Shown here piece after piece: positions 9,712 through 18,459 of a stretch of 64,000 nucleotides of DNA. The notes under the pieces were generated by a model. That model did no database searches. It worked only from the letters and a program-made list of their open reading frames with translations, and was not told the DNA's origin. Within the stretch, counting starts at the first letter, position 1. Every line of letters starts with the position of its first letter. Source of the DNA: Candidatus Omnitrophota bacterium (GTDB lineage Bacteria > Omnitrophota > Gorgyraeia > 2-02-FULL-51-18); the NCBI GenBank assembly GCA_945877765.1, contig CAMDWQ010000004.1:44558-108557 (forward strand), read 5' to 3'. The position numbers were made by a program, and so were the translations under genes.

Positions 9712-9781
9712 GTCATCCCCGAAATTATTTATCGGGGATCATACCTAAGTTTGATTCCCGATAAAAACTTTCGGGAATGAC
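9712..9781 (-). repeat. MITE-like double-hairpin intergenic element, family 1, copy A (reverse orientation)
   Basis: GTCATCCCCGA-N9-TCGGGGAT ... ATTCCCGA-N9-TCGGGAATGAC. Its reverse complement aligns with copies at 18375, 40424 and 22734. Confidence 0.65.
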
Positions 9782-9803
9782 GTGGGGTGGATGACACTGA
9801 CCA

Positions 9804-10733
9804 CTAAAACCTTCTAATTTTGACCCTCTTTAAGAGTGCGGGGATGTCCGACCGCAGACACAGACGCGGAGCCTCTCTCATCACCGTCGAAGTACTGGCC
9901 GCGACTCCTAGGGCCGCCGCTTTTTCCAGGCTCATTTTTCGATAAAGCCCCAAAGCGAGCCCTCCCAAAAGCGAGTCTCCTGCTCCCACCTTACTTTTAA
10001 CCGGCACAGAGATTCCAAGGATCTGAAAAGCCTCATTTTTAGATACAAATAGCGCTCCTTCTGCCCCCAAAGAGACGACAACGATGCGGATGCCGCTACT
10101 CACAAGGCTTACCGCCGCGCGACGATAATCCGCGACCTTGGTCAGTTTTTGACCAACAAGCCTTTGCACCTCAAATTCGTTGGGCTTGATGATACAGGGG
10201 CCGGCCTTAACGGCATGACGTAAATACTCATTATCCGCATCAAGAATACAGGGTGTGCCCGCTGTTTGAAGAGCCGCAACGTATCGCTGGTAGATAGTTG
10301 GGTCCATGCCACGCGATGGATTCCCGCCGATGACCCAAAACGAGGGCCTGGGGCGGACATGAAGAAGCTTTTGCAAAAAAAGACGCTGGTCTTTTTCCGA
10401 AATTACCGGCCCCGGTGCACTCACGCGTGTCTGCGTGCTATCCTGGATATCCGTGAAGACCGTATTAATGCGTGTCTCGCCCGCCACCCGATACGCCGTG
10501 AAAGCAACGTCCAGCTTGGCAAGCTCACTGGCCCAAAATTTTCCCATCAATCCCGCCTGCAATGCATAGGCGCGCGTCGGCCCTCCCAATTCGCGAACTA
10601 CTCGTGAAACATTGGCTCCCTTTCCACCAGCATGGATACTCACCGAAATAGCCCTGTTGGTGTCATCCTTCAATAAATGCGGTACTACCAAGTGTTGATC
10701 AATCGACGGGTTTAATGTGATCGTTGCAATCAT
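9804..10733 (-). CDS. PfkB-family carbohydrate kinase (1-phosphofructokinase/tagatose-6-P kinase-like)
   Basis: 309 aa. N-terminal TLNPSIDQ, GGKGANV, and a C-terminal GAGDS-like motif. Confidence 0.75.
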   Translation of the reverse strand: MIATITLNPSIDQHLVVPHLLKDDTNRAISVSIHAGGKGANVSRVVRELGGPTRAYALQAGLMGKFWASELAKLDVAFTAYRVAGETRINTVFTDIQDSTQTRVSAPGPVISEKDQRLFLQKLLHVRPRPSFWVIGGNPSRGMDPTIYQRYVAALQTAGTPCILDADNEYLRHAVKAGPCIIKPNEFEVQRLVGQKLTKVADYRRAAVSLVSSGIRIVVVSLGAEGALFVSKNEAFQILGISVPVKSKVGAGDSLLGGLALGLYRKMSLEKAAALGVAASTSTVMREAPRLCLRSDIPALLKRVKIRRF

Positions 10734-12202
10734 GGGGCGCCTGCTTCAAAAAGAATCTTTCTTATATCCTGATGTAAAATTTTTAACTTCGGTTGAATGG
10801 CGGCGGGGATATCGTGCCAATCCGAGCGACGCATAAGGCAATAAAAATGATCCCCTCTGGCCAAAAGACCCTGAAAATCCGATTTCGAGAGAGCTATTTT
10901 TTGAGCATCGCTATTCCCGCGCGTGACCTCCAGCTCCCCTTCTAGCCCAATCGGCCGCACGGGATGCTTGCAGTAAAAAATAAAATCATAGAATGGCCCG
11001 GGATGGTCATAAATAAAAAATGGGTCCGAGCTTTTAATTTTTTCCTTCGCGTAAATGGCAAATGGCTTCGATGAGTATTCCCAATTGACCGTTTCCATCA
11101 AAAATATAACGGCATAGGCGGATAACACAAGCAACGAAAAAAAAGTGTAAAAGATTTTAAGTCTTGAAGGGGTTTTCTCAACGAGCTTAGCCCACGCCGC
11201 GCCAAGCGCGATACAAAAAAAAGGCAGAAGAGGTAAAACATAGGTTGCGAGTTTTGACTTTGAGAGTGACAGAAAAAAAATTCCCGAAAAGCCACTTATC
11301 AAAAGAAATAGAATAGGGCTCGCCGGCGCACTGACACGTATCCGTTCACGCGCAAAACGAAAAACACTGGGGAAAAAAATCCAGGGCGATAAAAAAGCAG
11401 TCATCAGCGCCGGATAGAAATACCAAGCCTCCTGGTGCTCAAAATTTTCGGCTGAAAATCGCGCCAGATGCTCCCGCACAAAAAATAATTGCCAGAAATC
11501 GGGCTTATTCAGACTCATCCACGCAAACCACGGCCCCGCAATTAATAGAAAAACAAGACCGCCCAAAAACAAATGACACTCCGTAAGCGTGCGGACCGTC
11601 TGACGGGTCCAGAGAAGATAGATAAGGATCGCGATCCCCGGAAACGCCAGCGCCAATACACCCTTAGTCAAAAATGCAAGCGCAACACAAACATAGAAAC
11701 CCATATAAAAAACAAAGGCTCTTGGCTTCTCGGTCATTGCCAGATAAAACAGATAGAAGCTGGCCGTGACAAAAAAAGAAAAGACAGCGTCTATCACCAA
11801 GAAACGCGAAACGTGCAAATACCAAGGATTCACAATCAAAAAAATGGCCGTAAATGCCGCCGCAAGCGATCCAAAAAATTTGCGGGAGAAAAAATAGGCC
11901 GTGAAGACCCCGGCAAGACCAAAGACCGCAGGCACTGCCCGCGCCGCCCATTCATTGGTGCCAAAAATTTTGAAAGAGAGGGCTAGAAGCCAATAGAATA
12001 ATGGGGGCTTTCTTAAATAATCAATCCCAAATAGCTTAGGCTCCAACCAATTTCCGCTATCTGCCATCTGCGAGGTAATGTGCGCGTACCGCCCCTCATC
12101 GGGATTGCGTAGAGGGCGATCCCCCAGCTGAAAAAAAAATAAAAATAATGCGAACCCCAATAAAATATAGAGTGATTTTCGCCTGTCTTGAGTCCATTCC
12201 AT
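10730..12202 (-). CDS. GT39/GT83 family glycosyltransferase (ArnT / dolichyl-phosphate-mannose-protein mannosyltransferase-like)
   Basis: 490 aa polytopic. N-terminal RNPDEGRYAHI ... KPPLFYWL signature. Confidence 0.8.
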   Translation of the reverse strand: MEWTQDRRKSLYILLGFALFLFFFQLGDRPLRNPDEGRYAHITSQMADSGNWLEPKLFGIDYLRKPPLFYWLLALSFKIFGTNEWAARAVPAVFGLAGVFTAYFFSRKFFGSLAAAFTAIFLIVNPWYLHVSRFLVIDAVFSFFVTASFYLFYLAMTEKPRAFVFYMGFYVCVALAFLTKGVLALAFPGIAILIYLLWTRQTVRTLTECHLFLGGLVFLLIAGPWFAWMSLNKPDFWQLFFVREHLARFSAENFEHQEAWYFYPALMTAFLSPWIFFPSVFRFARERIRVSAPASPILFLLISGFSGIFFLSLSKSKLATYVLPLLPFFCIALGAAWAKLVEKTPSRLKIFYTFFSLLVLSAYAVIFLMETVNWEYSSKPFAIYAKEKIKSSDPFFIYDHPGPFYDFIFYCKHPVRPIGLEGELEVTRGNSDAQKIALSKSDFQGLLARGDHFYCLMRRSDWHDIPAAIQPKLKILHQDIRKILFEAGAP

Positions 12203-12211
12203 TGGTTTAGC

Positions 12212-12925
12212 CTATTTCTTTTTAATTAATAAATCTTCCGCGCGCGCATCTTTTCTTTTGTAGCAGCTGCGCGCCCACGACTCCCATGGCGCATAATCCC
12301 CAAAGGGCATGCGAACCAACTCAACCGGCAGTTTCCCTTTGCTATTGGGAATAAAATATTTAAAGCCTTCCGTGACGGTCTTGAAATCAGCTTTCCTATC
12401 AGGGAAAATAGGCCGCCTGATCTTTACGTTCTCGGCGAAGACTTGCACTAAAATGCCAGCATTTAACAAACTCACCGAACAACCGCCCTGCAAAAAAGAA
12501 ATTGTCACGTTTTTGGTAAAAATTTGAAATAGGCCCGATTCTTTTACGTCAGCCGCAAAAACACCGCTGTCCGGCTCGCGAAGAATTGATAGGGTTCCCC
12601 GGCGAAGATCCAGACGAGTAAAATCATCCCCCATTATCTTTGCCTCTGAACTGTTATTAAGCCTTAGAAGAGTTGAAAAATCAGGATTGGTTGAAAACTC
12701 AACATGGCTTTCGACGGAAGTGCGAATGATGTCTCCGCCTTTTATAAAATTTTCTTGTGCGAGAGGAAGCCACTGTGTTCCGTCCACCCGAAGGATTTCG
12801 GCTTTACCCTCCACCTCAAGCACTTGGCAATAATCTTCGGCGACACATATCCGCGGACACAACCAGCTTGCCGCAAAAAAAAGAACTGCCAATAAAATAG
12901 CGTCCCTAAAAGGCTTATTGCTCAT
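12212..12925 (-). CDS. Secreted FecR-domain protein
   Basis: Signal peptide. GKAEILRVDGTQWLP...GGDIIRT...LLRLNNSSEAKI matches the FecR pattern. Confidence 0.5.
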   Translation of the reverse strand: MSNKPFRDAILLAVLFFAASWLCPRICVAEDYCQVLEVEGKAEILRVDGTQWLPLAQENFIKGGDIIRTSVESHVEFSTNPDFSTLLRLNNSSEAKIMGDDFTRLDLRRGTLSILREPDSGVFAADVKESGLFQIFTKNVTISFLQGGCSVSLLNAGILVQVFAENVKIRRPIFPDRKADFKTVTEGFKYFIPNSKGKLPVELVRMPFGDYAPWESWARSCYKRKDARAEDLLIKKK

Positions 12926-13427
12926 CCGACTTGCCGCCAGACAGCTTCGAGCGGCGAAATGATGTCGGGATCCTTTTCGCGGCCATAAGAGCCTCTTTGC
13001 AATAAAAGTAAATAGACTTGGTTAGCCTGTATTCAGGGTTTTTTAATTCTTTAAGCGATACCCACCGAAATTCCCGGTGCTCGCGCTCATGCAGATGGAC
13101 GTCATCGGAAGTGGAAACACCAAAATAAACAAAAGCCACATGCCGATGAGATTTTGAAATTTTGTGCGAATCCATAAAAGACGGCGTGGGCAGCGGCTTG
13201 ACGCCCGCGTGCTTGATTTTTGGCGTGGGAGCTAAAATCGTAACCTTTAGCCCGCATTCTTCCTGAATTTCACGGTAAAGCGCCTCTTCGGGGTCTTCGT
13301 CCAACTCCACATGACCGCCAATCGGAAGCCATTCCCGGTATTTTTTATGGTAAATCAAAAGAACTCTCGCCTCAAATACAATAAATACCGAGACAACAAA
13401 GTCATAGATTTCATGAATATGAGGCAA
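12915..13427 (-). CDS. NUDIX hydrolase
   Basis: Nudix box GGHVELDEDPEEALYREIQEECGL. Confidence 0.8.
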   Translation of the reverse strand: MPHIHEIYDFVVSVFIVFEARVLLIYHKKYREWLPIGGHVELDEDPEEALYREIQEECGLKVTILAPTPKIKHAGVKPLPTPSFMDSHKISKSHRHVAFVYFGVSTSDDVHLHEREHREFRWVSLKELKNPEYRLTKSIYFYCKEALMAAKRIPTSFRRSKLSGGKSDEQ

Positions 13428-13436
13428 GAGGCGGAC

Positions 13437-13715
13437 CTAAATCGCTTTAAAGTTGTAATACCCCAAGACCTGGACAGGGCACTTGGAGAGCGAAACCAGC
13501 CGGTCATGATGTTTTTTCATAAACCGGCTGTGGTGAATTTCGGTGTTCCAAATATAATGCGAGGCGTATTGATCTTTTTCGTTGGTGCGGGAAAGCGTAT
13601 GGTAACCAATAAAACCGGCATGTTTAGCCGCTTCTTTCGCCCATAGCTTGCAATCACGCGTGTAGACCGGAACGTCCTTTTTTTTTATTTTAAAAAGGAC
13701 TTGATGAATGAACAT
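13437..13715 (-). CDS. ABM-domain (antibiotic-biosynthesis-monooxygenase-like) small protein
   Basis: 92 aa. HAGFIGYHTLSR..DQYASHYIWNTEIHHSRFMKKHH fits the ferredoxin-like ABM pattern. Confidence 0.45.
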   Translation of the reverse strand: MFIHQVLFKIKKKDVPVYTRDCKLWAKEAAKHAGFIGYHTLSRTNEKDQYASHYIWNTEIHHSRFMKKHHDRLVSLSKCPVQVLGYYNFKAI

Positions 13716-13718
13716 TCC

Positions 13719-14156
13719 TTAATTCTGGAGCAATTTCCAGGTTTTTTCGCCGACCACACCGTCTGGAGTAAGATTATGCGCTCTCTGAAAAGCCTTAATC
13801 GCCGCCTTGGTCTTCTTGCCCATCTTTCCGTCGGCAGGCCCCGGATCAAAACCCGCCCGGTTCAAAGCGGTTTGGACATCGCTGACAGAGACTCCGCTAA
13901 CACGAATCTTAGAAGATTTTCCCCGGCTCGACGACGTGAAATTGGCGCCCGAATTATCACGGCTACGCTCAATCTGGTATTGCAAATCTTGAATCTGCTG
14001 ATCCTTGGCTTGAATTTCATTTTGCAGGCTTACCACCTGCGGATCGACAGGAGCCAATTTGGCGTCTTTAGAACGCGGTCTTGCGGTCGCGCAACCGGTA
14101 ACGAAAAAAACAGTGAGAACTAAAAAAATAAAAAAATTGACCTTGCTGTTTCTCAT
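13719..14156 (-). CDS. Lipoprotein with C-terminal peptidoglycan-binding (PG_binding_1-like) domain
   Basis: Lipobox VTGCA. Low-complexity linker. C-terminal ...ALNRAGFDPGPADGKMGKKTKAAIKAFQRAHNLTPDGVVGEKTWKLL. Paralog at 30962..31477. Confidence 0.7.
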   Translation of the reverse strand: MRNSKVNFFIFLVLTVFFVTGCATARPRSKDAKLAPVDPQVVSLQNEIQAKDQQIQDLQYQIERSRDNSGANFTSSSRGKSSKIRVSGVSVSDVQTALNRAGFDPGPADGKMGKKTKAAIKAFQRAHNLTPDGVVGEKTWKLLQN

Positions 14157-14242
14157 GAAATTCTCCTTTTGCTTGAACGATTATACCTGCCTATCAATTT
14201 AGTGCAACAAAATTCCTCGTCGCGAGGTAAAATAAGGGTTCC

Positions 14243-14995
14243 ATGGAATCGCTAATCGTAACCCAAAACCTTTCTAAAAATTATGGCGGCGTACGAGCGC
14301 TTGAAGACCTGTCCCTGGAAGTCCGCCGCGGAGAAATCGTGGGGCTTTTGGGGCCCAATGGCGCGGGAAAAACCACGGCGATTCATATTCTTCTTGGTCT
14401 TTTGACACCAAGCTCAGGCTCTGCCTCTGTTTTCGGCCTCTCTCCCCTCACCCACCGCCACAAAATAGCACCGCGGCTTAATTTTTCGTCCGCTTACGTG
14501 CAACTGCCCTCCAATTTAAAGGTTCTAGAAAATCTTAAAATATTCTCTAAGCTTTATAACATTCCCGATGCGCCAAAAAAAATTGCTTCTCTTTTGGAAC
14601 TCATGGACATGACTTCCTTGGCCTCAAGAATTACCGGCGCTCTTTCCGCGGGTGAGAAAACACGTCTTAATCTCTGCAAATGTCTGCTCAATGACCCTGA
14701 GCTTTTACTGTTGGATGAACCGACCGCCAGCCTCGACCCAGAAATGGCGGACAACGTGAGAAAACTTTTGAAAAAAATTCAAAAGGAAAGAAATATAGGG
14801 ATTCTCTATACCTCGCACAATATGCCCGAAATCGAAGAGCTTTGCAGCCGTATTTATTTTATCCATGAGGGCCGCATGATCGCCCAAGGCTCGCCTGAAG
14901 AAATCATGAAAGCCTTTCAAAGCAAAACGCTCGAGCAGGTCTTTATCAAAATTGTGCGCTCGGGTGATTTTGTCGTCAAGGAGCCCGGATTATGA
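14243..14995 (+). CDS. ABC transporter ATP-binding protein (ABC-2 exporter type)
   Basis: Walker A GPNGAGKTT, ABC signature LSAGEK, Walker B LLLLDEPT. Confidence 0.9.
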   Translation: MESLIVTQNLSKNYGGVRALEDLSLEVRRGEIVGLLGPNGAGKTTAIHILLGLLTPSSGSASVFGLSPLTHRHKIAPRLNFSSAYVQLPSNLKVLENLKIFSKLYNIPDAPKKIASLLELMDMTSLASRITGALSAGEKTRLNLCKCLLNDPELLLLDEPTASLDPEMADNVRKLLKKIQKERNIGILYTSHNMPEIEELCSRIYFIHEGRMIAQGSPEEIMKAFQSKTLEQVFIKIVRSGDFVVKEPGL

Positions 14996-15798
14996 GGCAA
15001 TCACTCGTTCGCATCGGCGGCATCTTGACGCGCTATCTCTACCTTCATATGCGCAGTATGCCAAGACTCTTTGAGATTTTCTTCTGGCCGGTGATGGAGC
15101 TTTTGGTTTGGGGATTTGTGTCTGTTTATTTCCAGTCTCTCCTGGCGGACCCAGCCACCCGCATCGCCGCTATTCTTATCAGCGCCATGATTTTCTGGGA
15201 CATCCTCTACCGCAGTCAACAAGCCGTGAGCATCGCCGTGGTAGAAGATATCTGGACGCAAAACATCGTCAATATCCTCGTCTCGCCTTTGCGCTTATGG
15301 GAATGGCTAGCCGCCACGTTTATTTACGGATTTTTTAAAATTTCGCTCATCACGGCACTTTTGTCCGCCATTGCGCTGACGCTTTATCACTTCAACCTTT
15401 TTAGCCACCTGGGATTATTCATGATTCCTCTTCTAGTGAACCTACTTTTTTTCGGCTGGGCCCTTGGCGTCTTCACGTCAGCCCTCGTGATCCGCTGGGG
15501 CCACTCGGCGGAAGCGCTTATCTGGGGAATTCCGTATCTGGTACAGCCAGTCTCAGCCATTTACTATCCGGTCTCCGTTTTGCCGGTTCCGCTTCAGTGG
15601 GTCGCAAAAGGATTGCCTAGCACTTACGTGTTTGAAGGCATACGCGAAGTCACCAAAACCCACACCCTCCCCTGGAATTATTTCTGGGCAGCGCTGGCAT
15701 TAAACTTTATTTATTTTCTTCTAGCCGCACTCTTTTTTGGAAAAATGTTTAAAAGCGCGCGGAATTTGGGAAGACTTGGTCGGCTAGGGATGGATTAG
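14992..15798 (+). CDS. ABC-2 type transporter permease
   Basis: Overlaps the ATPase stop by 4 nt. Six predicted TM helices. Confidence 0.75.
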   Translation: MRQSLVRIGGILTRYLYLHMRSMPRLFEIFFWPVMELLVWGFVSVYFQSLLADPATRIAAILISAMIFWDILYRSQQAVSIAVVEDIWTQNIVNILVSPLRLWEWLAATFIYGFFKISLITALLSAIALTLYHFNLFSHLGLFMIPLLVNLLFFGWALGVFTSALVIRWGHSAEALIWGIPYLVQPVSAIYYPVSVLPVPLQWVAKGLPSTYVFEGIREVTKTHTLPWNYFWAALALNFIYFLLAALFFGKMFKSARNLGRLGRLGMD

Positions 15799-15928
15799 AA
15801 GGCGCCCCGATCGAAGACCCCACACGTACTTTTATGAGATGAGTCCTCAATTTAGCCTAAAAAATCCGACCACAGCCTTAATCCCGCTCTTCTGTCCCGG
15901 CGATGGTTTCTCGGTCACGAACGCCTTG

Positions 15929-15955
15929 TTGATTTCTTAACGTTTAAGAAATCAA
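15929..15955. repeat. Perfect 12-bp-arm palindrome TTGATTTCTTAA-cgt-TTAAGAAATCAA
   Basis: Read directly from the sequence. Lies between convergent genes. No flanking U-run. Confidence 0.7.
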
Positions 15956-16177
15956 CGTGATCATACCAAAAAAGAACAGTAATCCGAAAAGAATAAAAAC
16001 GACACCGACCACAACGGCCGCTTTTCCGGTGAGAATGTCATCCCCCATACTGCTCGGCGAATATAGTTTTTTGGAACGAATCGCTGAAACACCCACTTTG
16101 ATACAAAGAACTGCTGAAAGAGCGAAAATTACGCCTTTGGCCGAAGAATTAAGAAAGTTGAAATCAGGTCCGTACAT
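15944..16177 (-). CDS. Small hydrophobic ORF (possible membrane peptide)
   Basis: 77 aa with two hydrophobic stretches. No homolog recognised. Its 3' end runs into the palindrome. Confidence 0.2.
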   Translation of the reverse strand: MYGPDFNFLNSSAKGVIFALSAVLCIKVGVSAIRSKKLYSPSSMGDDILTGKAAVVVGVVFILFGLLFFFGMITLIS

Positions 16178-16283
16178 GTTTCCGTCCTCTTAGTCCAAAA
16201 ATGGATCGATCCACTTCCTAAATAGTTTCAACCTGGGACTACTTGATAACTTTGTATAACTATGAAGCAGCCAACACATACAA

Positions 16284-16526
16284 CTATTTTATCTGCAGAT
16301 TATCATGCAAAAATTCAGGCGCCAAATCAGCGCCATTTTGCCAGACTATGGTTTGCAGATCAGGGTCTACCCGAAAAGATTTGAAAAGAGAGACGTCTTT
16401 CAGGGGTCCAAAAACCTCCCCCTCCAACTCACCCGCCAGATTTATCTCTCCTGCAACGCCGTCATTAAAACAGGCCCAAATAGCGTAATCATTTACGTAC
16501 TTAGCTTCGGTCACATGCAGTATCAT
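16284..16526 (-). CDS. DUF2442-family small protein
   Basis: I..V....Y.L.V.F.DG....DL.......F..L.D...F..V.V......L.W.NG.DL pattern typical of DUF2442. Confidence 0.6.
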   Translation of the reverse strand: MILHVTEAKYVNDYAIWACFNDGVAGEINLAGELEGEVFGPLKDVSLFKSFRVDPDLQTIVWQNGADLAPEFLHDNLQIK

Positions 16527-16587
16527 TCCTTACTCCAATGGTTTTTATAGGAAACAAAGATTTCGATTCAGACTGCTGACTTAATCC

Positions 16588-17934
16588 TTACTTTCCCACG
16601 TTGTAGTACCCGCCGGTCTTACGACTTCCTCTGCGCTCGATGTGGCGTCTATCAATGAGCGTTTTAATTTGCCGGTCTATTGTTTTTATAGGTCTTCCAC
16701 TAAGCTGCGCACTTAAATCTTTTGCTTTGATGCCGGGGTGGTCTTTTACGATTATCAGAAGTGATTTTAATCCCTCATTTAATCCCTCATTTAATCCCTC
16801 ACTCACTTCTTTAACCGGCTTGACCTCCTGCCTATAAAAAGTCACCTGAGATCCAGTTTTGATATTCTCAAAATTCACCCGTATTCCTGCCGCTTTGCAT
16901 TCATCCACGATACGCTTAAAACCCGATCCCCAGCGCTCGATATCTTTTGCATAATAAAAAGCATCGGCGATTAGTGGGTTTCTAGCGATGCTTTTCTCTC
17001 TGCCCTTAATAAATTCCTCAGGTGAATGATCATAAGGAAACTGCCCCGGGTTATAAATTTCAATCCTATTGCGATAAATAGCCAGCTCATTGCCGGATGG
17101 ATTATTAAAATCGCGGTGGCATAGAGAATTGACAATAGCTTCTCGAACAGCTTCGATGGGTATCTCCAGCGTTTCGACGCGTTTAAAATCAACGATCTTG
17201 GCCCGCCAGTCAAGATGCGCTTTGACATAGGCTTCGCATTGATCAATCAGATCAAAAAGCGTCCCCTTGAAGGATTGAATATCCAAGAATGTTGTTTTTT
17301 CATCGGTGGCAAAAACAGCTGCGCGTACCTCGATGCAGTTGTCCTTACAAAAGAGCGCGCGGCCAGCATTAAGTAGTTTTTTACCCTTGGTTAAACTAAG
17401 TTTATACAGGACATTACGCGCAGAATCATACGCATATTTAATACGGCCTGCTGTGCGGCCTTTTTCAACAAAGCTTTTGATGGTACGAGTATCGGCTTTG
17501 GAAATGGGCATTTCGGATATTTCTGATCCCCAGGAATAGATGTAGTTATTTTTCTTTTCGACAAGCCGCCTTAGCTCATTCACCGAAAGCTTTTTGTTTT
17601 CCTCTCCCGCGCGCAAATAATACCGGCCAAACGCCGAATACAAAGTATCCGGCCCCGAAAAGTTCACAATGATGCAATCCTTGCCGGACAGCTTTTGGAT
17701 CTTGATGTCCGGATAAATCTTAGGCTCCAAATGATCGCTGATGGATTTTGAAACATCCTTGATCGTCGACTTGCCGACCTGCTGACCGACGACTCGGCCG
17801 TCGTCCTCTATGCCAAAATAGACCGTGCCCTTGCCGTGCTTATTCAAGATAGAACAAATCGAAATAATAGCCTCTTTAAGCTCGGATGTTGATTTCTTGA
17901 GTTCTACGGTTTCGGATTCTTTGAATTTTGTCAT
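16588..17934 (-). CDS. AlbA_2 (divergent AAA/Schlafen-like) + HATPase_c_4 + C-terminal HTH protein, often annotated 'RecG-like' transcriptional regulator
   Basis: N-terminal ESETVELKKS...GTVYFGIEDDGRVVG AlbA_2 core. Contains the in-frame tandem NEGLNEGLNEGL. Confidence 0.65.
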   Translation of the reverse strand: MTKFKESETVELKKSTSELKEAIISICSILNKHGKGTVYFGIEDDGRVVGQQVGKSTIKDVSKSISDHLEPKIYPDIKIQKLSGKDCIIVNFSGPDTLYSAFGRYYLRAGEENKKLSVNELRRLVEKKNNYIYSWGSEISEMPISKADTRTIKSFVEKGRTAGRIKYAYDSARNVLYKLSLTKGKKLLNAGRALFCKDNCIEVRAAVFATDEKTTFLDIQSFKGTLFDLIDQCEAYVKAHLDWRAKIVDFKRVETLEIPIEAVREAIVNSLCHRDFNNPSGNELAIYRNRIEIYNPGQFPYDHSPEEFIKGREKSIARNPLIADAFYYAKDIERWGSGFKRIVDECKAAGIRVNFENIKTGSQVTFYRQEVKPVKEVSEGLNEGLNEGLKSLLIIVKDHPGIKAKDLSAQLSGRPIKTIDRQIKTLIDRRHIERRGSRKTGGYYNVGK

Positions 17935-17993
17935 ATGAATCCATACTTTAGACCTATCGGGAATGTGGGGTCAATATAAATGATCGGTAGCCC

Positions 17994-18111
17994 AACTCCT
18001 CCTAGCCTCCTCTTTTAAGTAAAGAGGGGGGATCACGTTCATTCCCCCTCTTTATTACTCCGCCGAATGGCGGATCCGCCTCAGGCGGAAAAGAGGGGGC
18101 TAGGGGGCGTT
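17994..18111. repeat. MITE-like element, family 2 (degenerate copy) with AACKCCYCCTARCCYCCTCTT terminal inverted repeats
   Basis: Right TIR AAGAGGGGGCTAGGGGGCGTT matches the 26242..26361 copy perfectly. Left TIR has about 4 mismatches. Internal CCCCCTCTTT/AAAGAGGGGG hairpins. Confidence 0.5.
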
Positions 18112-18112
18112 C

Positions 18113-18358
18113 TTACAAAGTCTTCCCGGATTGATAAAATGCAACGAGATCATCATAGCCACCGATGAGTTTTCCGTCGGCGAAGATTTGGGGGACGGTT
18201 TCACGGCCGCCGGTCATTTGGGTGAGTTTTTTGCGCAGATCGGCGTCGTCGGAGACGTCGATTTCTTGGAAGGTAACTTTTTTAGACTTCAATAAATTTT
18301 TTGCCGCGTGGCAATAGGGGCAATAGGCTGTCGTGTAGACTTCAACTTTTTTGGCCAT
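18113..18358 (-). CDS. Glutaredoxin
   Basis: CPYC active site at the N-terminus. TVPQIF..G..IGG motif. Start trimmed to MAKKVEVY so the CDS does not run into the MITE copy. Confidence 0.8.
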   Translation of the reverse strand: MAKKVEVYTTAYCPYCHAAKNLLKSKKVTFQEIDVSDDADLRKKLTQMTGGRETVPQIFADGKLIGGYDDLVAFYQSGKTL

Positions 18359-18374
18359 GGCACTCAGCTCTCCT

Positions 18375-18444
18375 GTCATTCCCGAAAGTTTTAATCGGGA
18401 ATCAAACCTATACATGATCCCCGATAAAAAATTTCGGGGATGAC
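18375..18444 (+). repeat. MITE-like double-hairpin element, family 1, copy B
   Basis: GTCATTCCCGAAAGTTTTAATCGGGAAT...GATCCCCGATAAAAAATTTCGGGGATGAC. Confidence 0.65.
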
Positions 18445-18459
18445 ATTGGGTTAATGTTC

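Noticed and set aside
9626-9800. Possible CRISPR array (short direct repeats plus palindromic unit)
   Set aside because: The repeat period is only 10-11 bp with no spacers. The palindromic unit is a dispersed MITE-like element found at three other loci. No cas genes are present.
16305-16550. 81-aa plus-strand ORF opposite the DUF2442 gene
   Set aside because: Antisense to a gene with a clear family pattern. No independent evidence.
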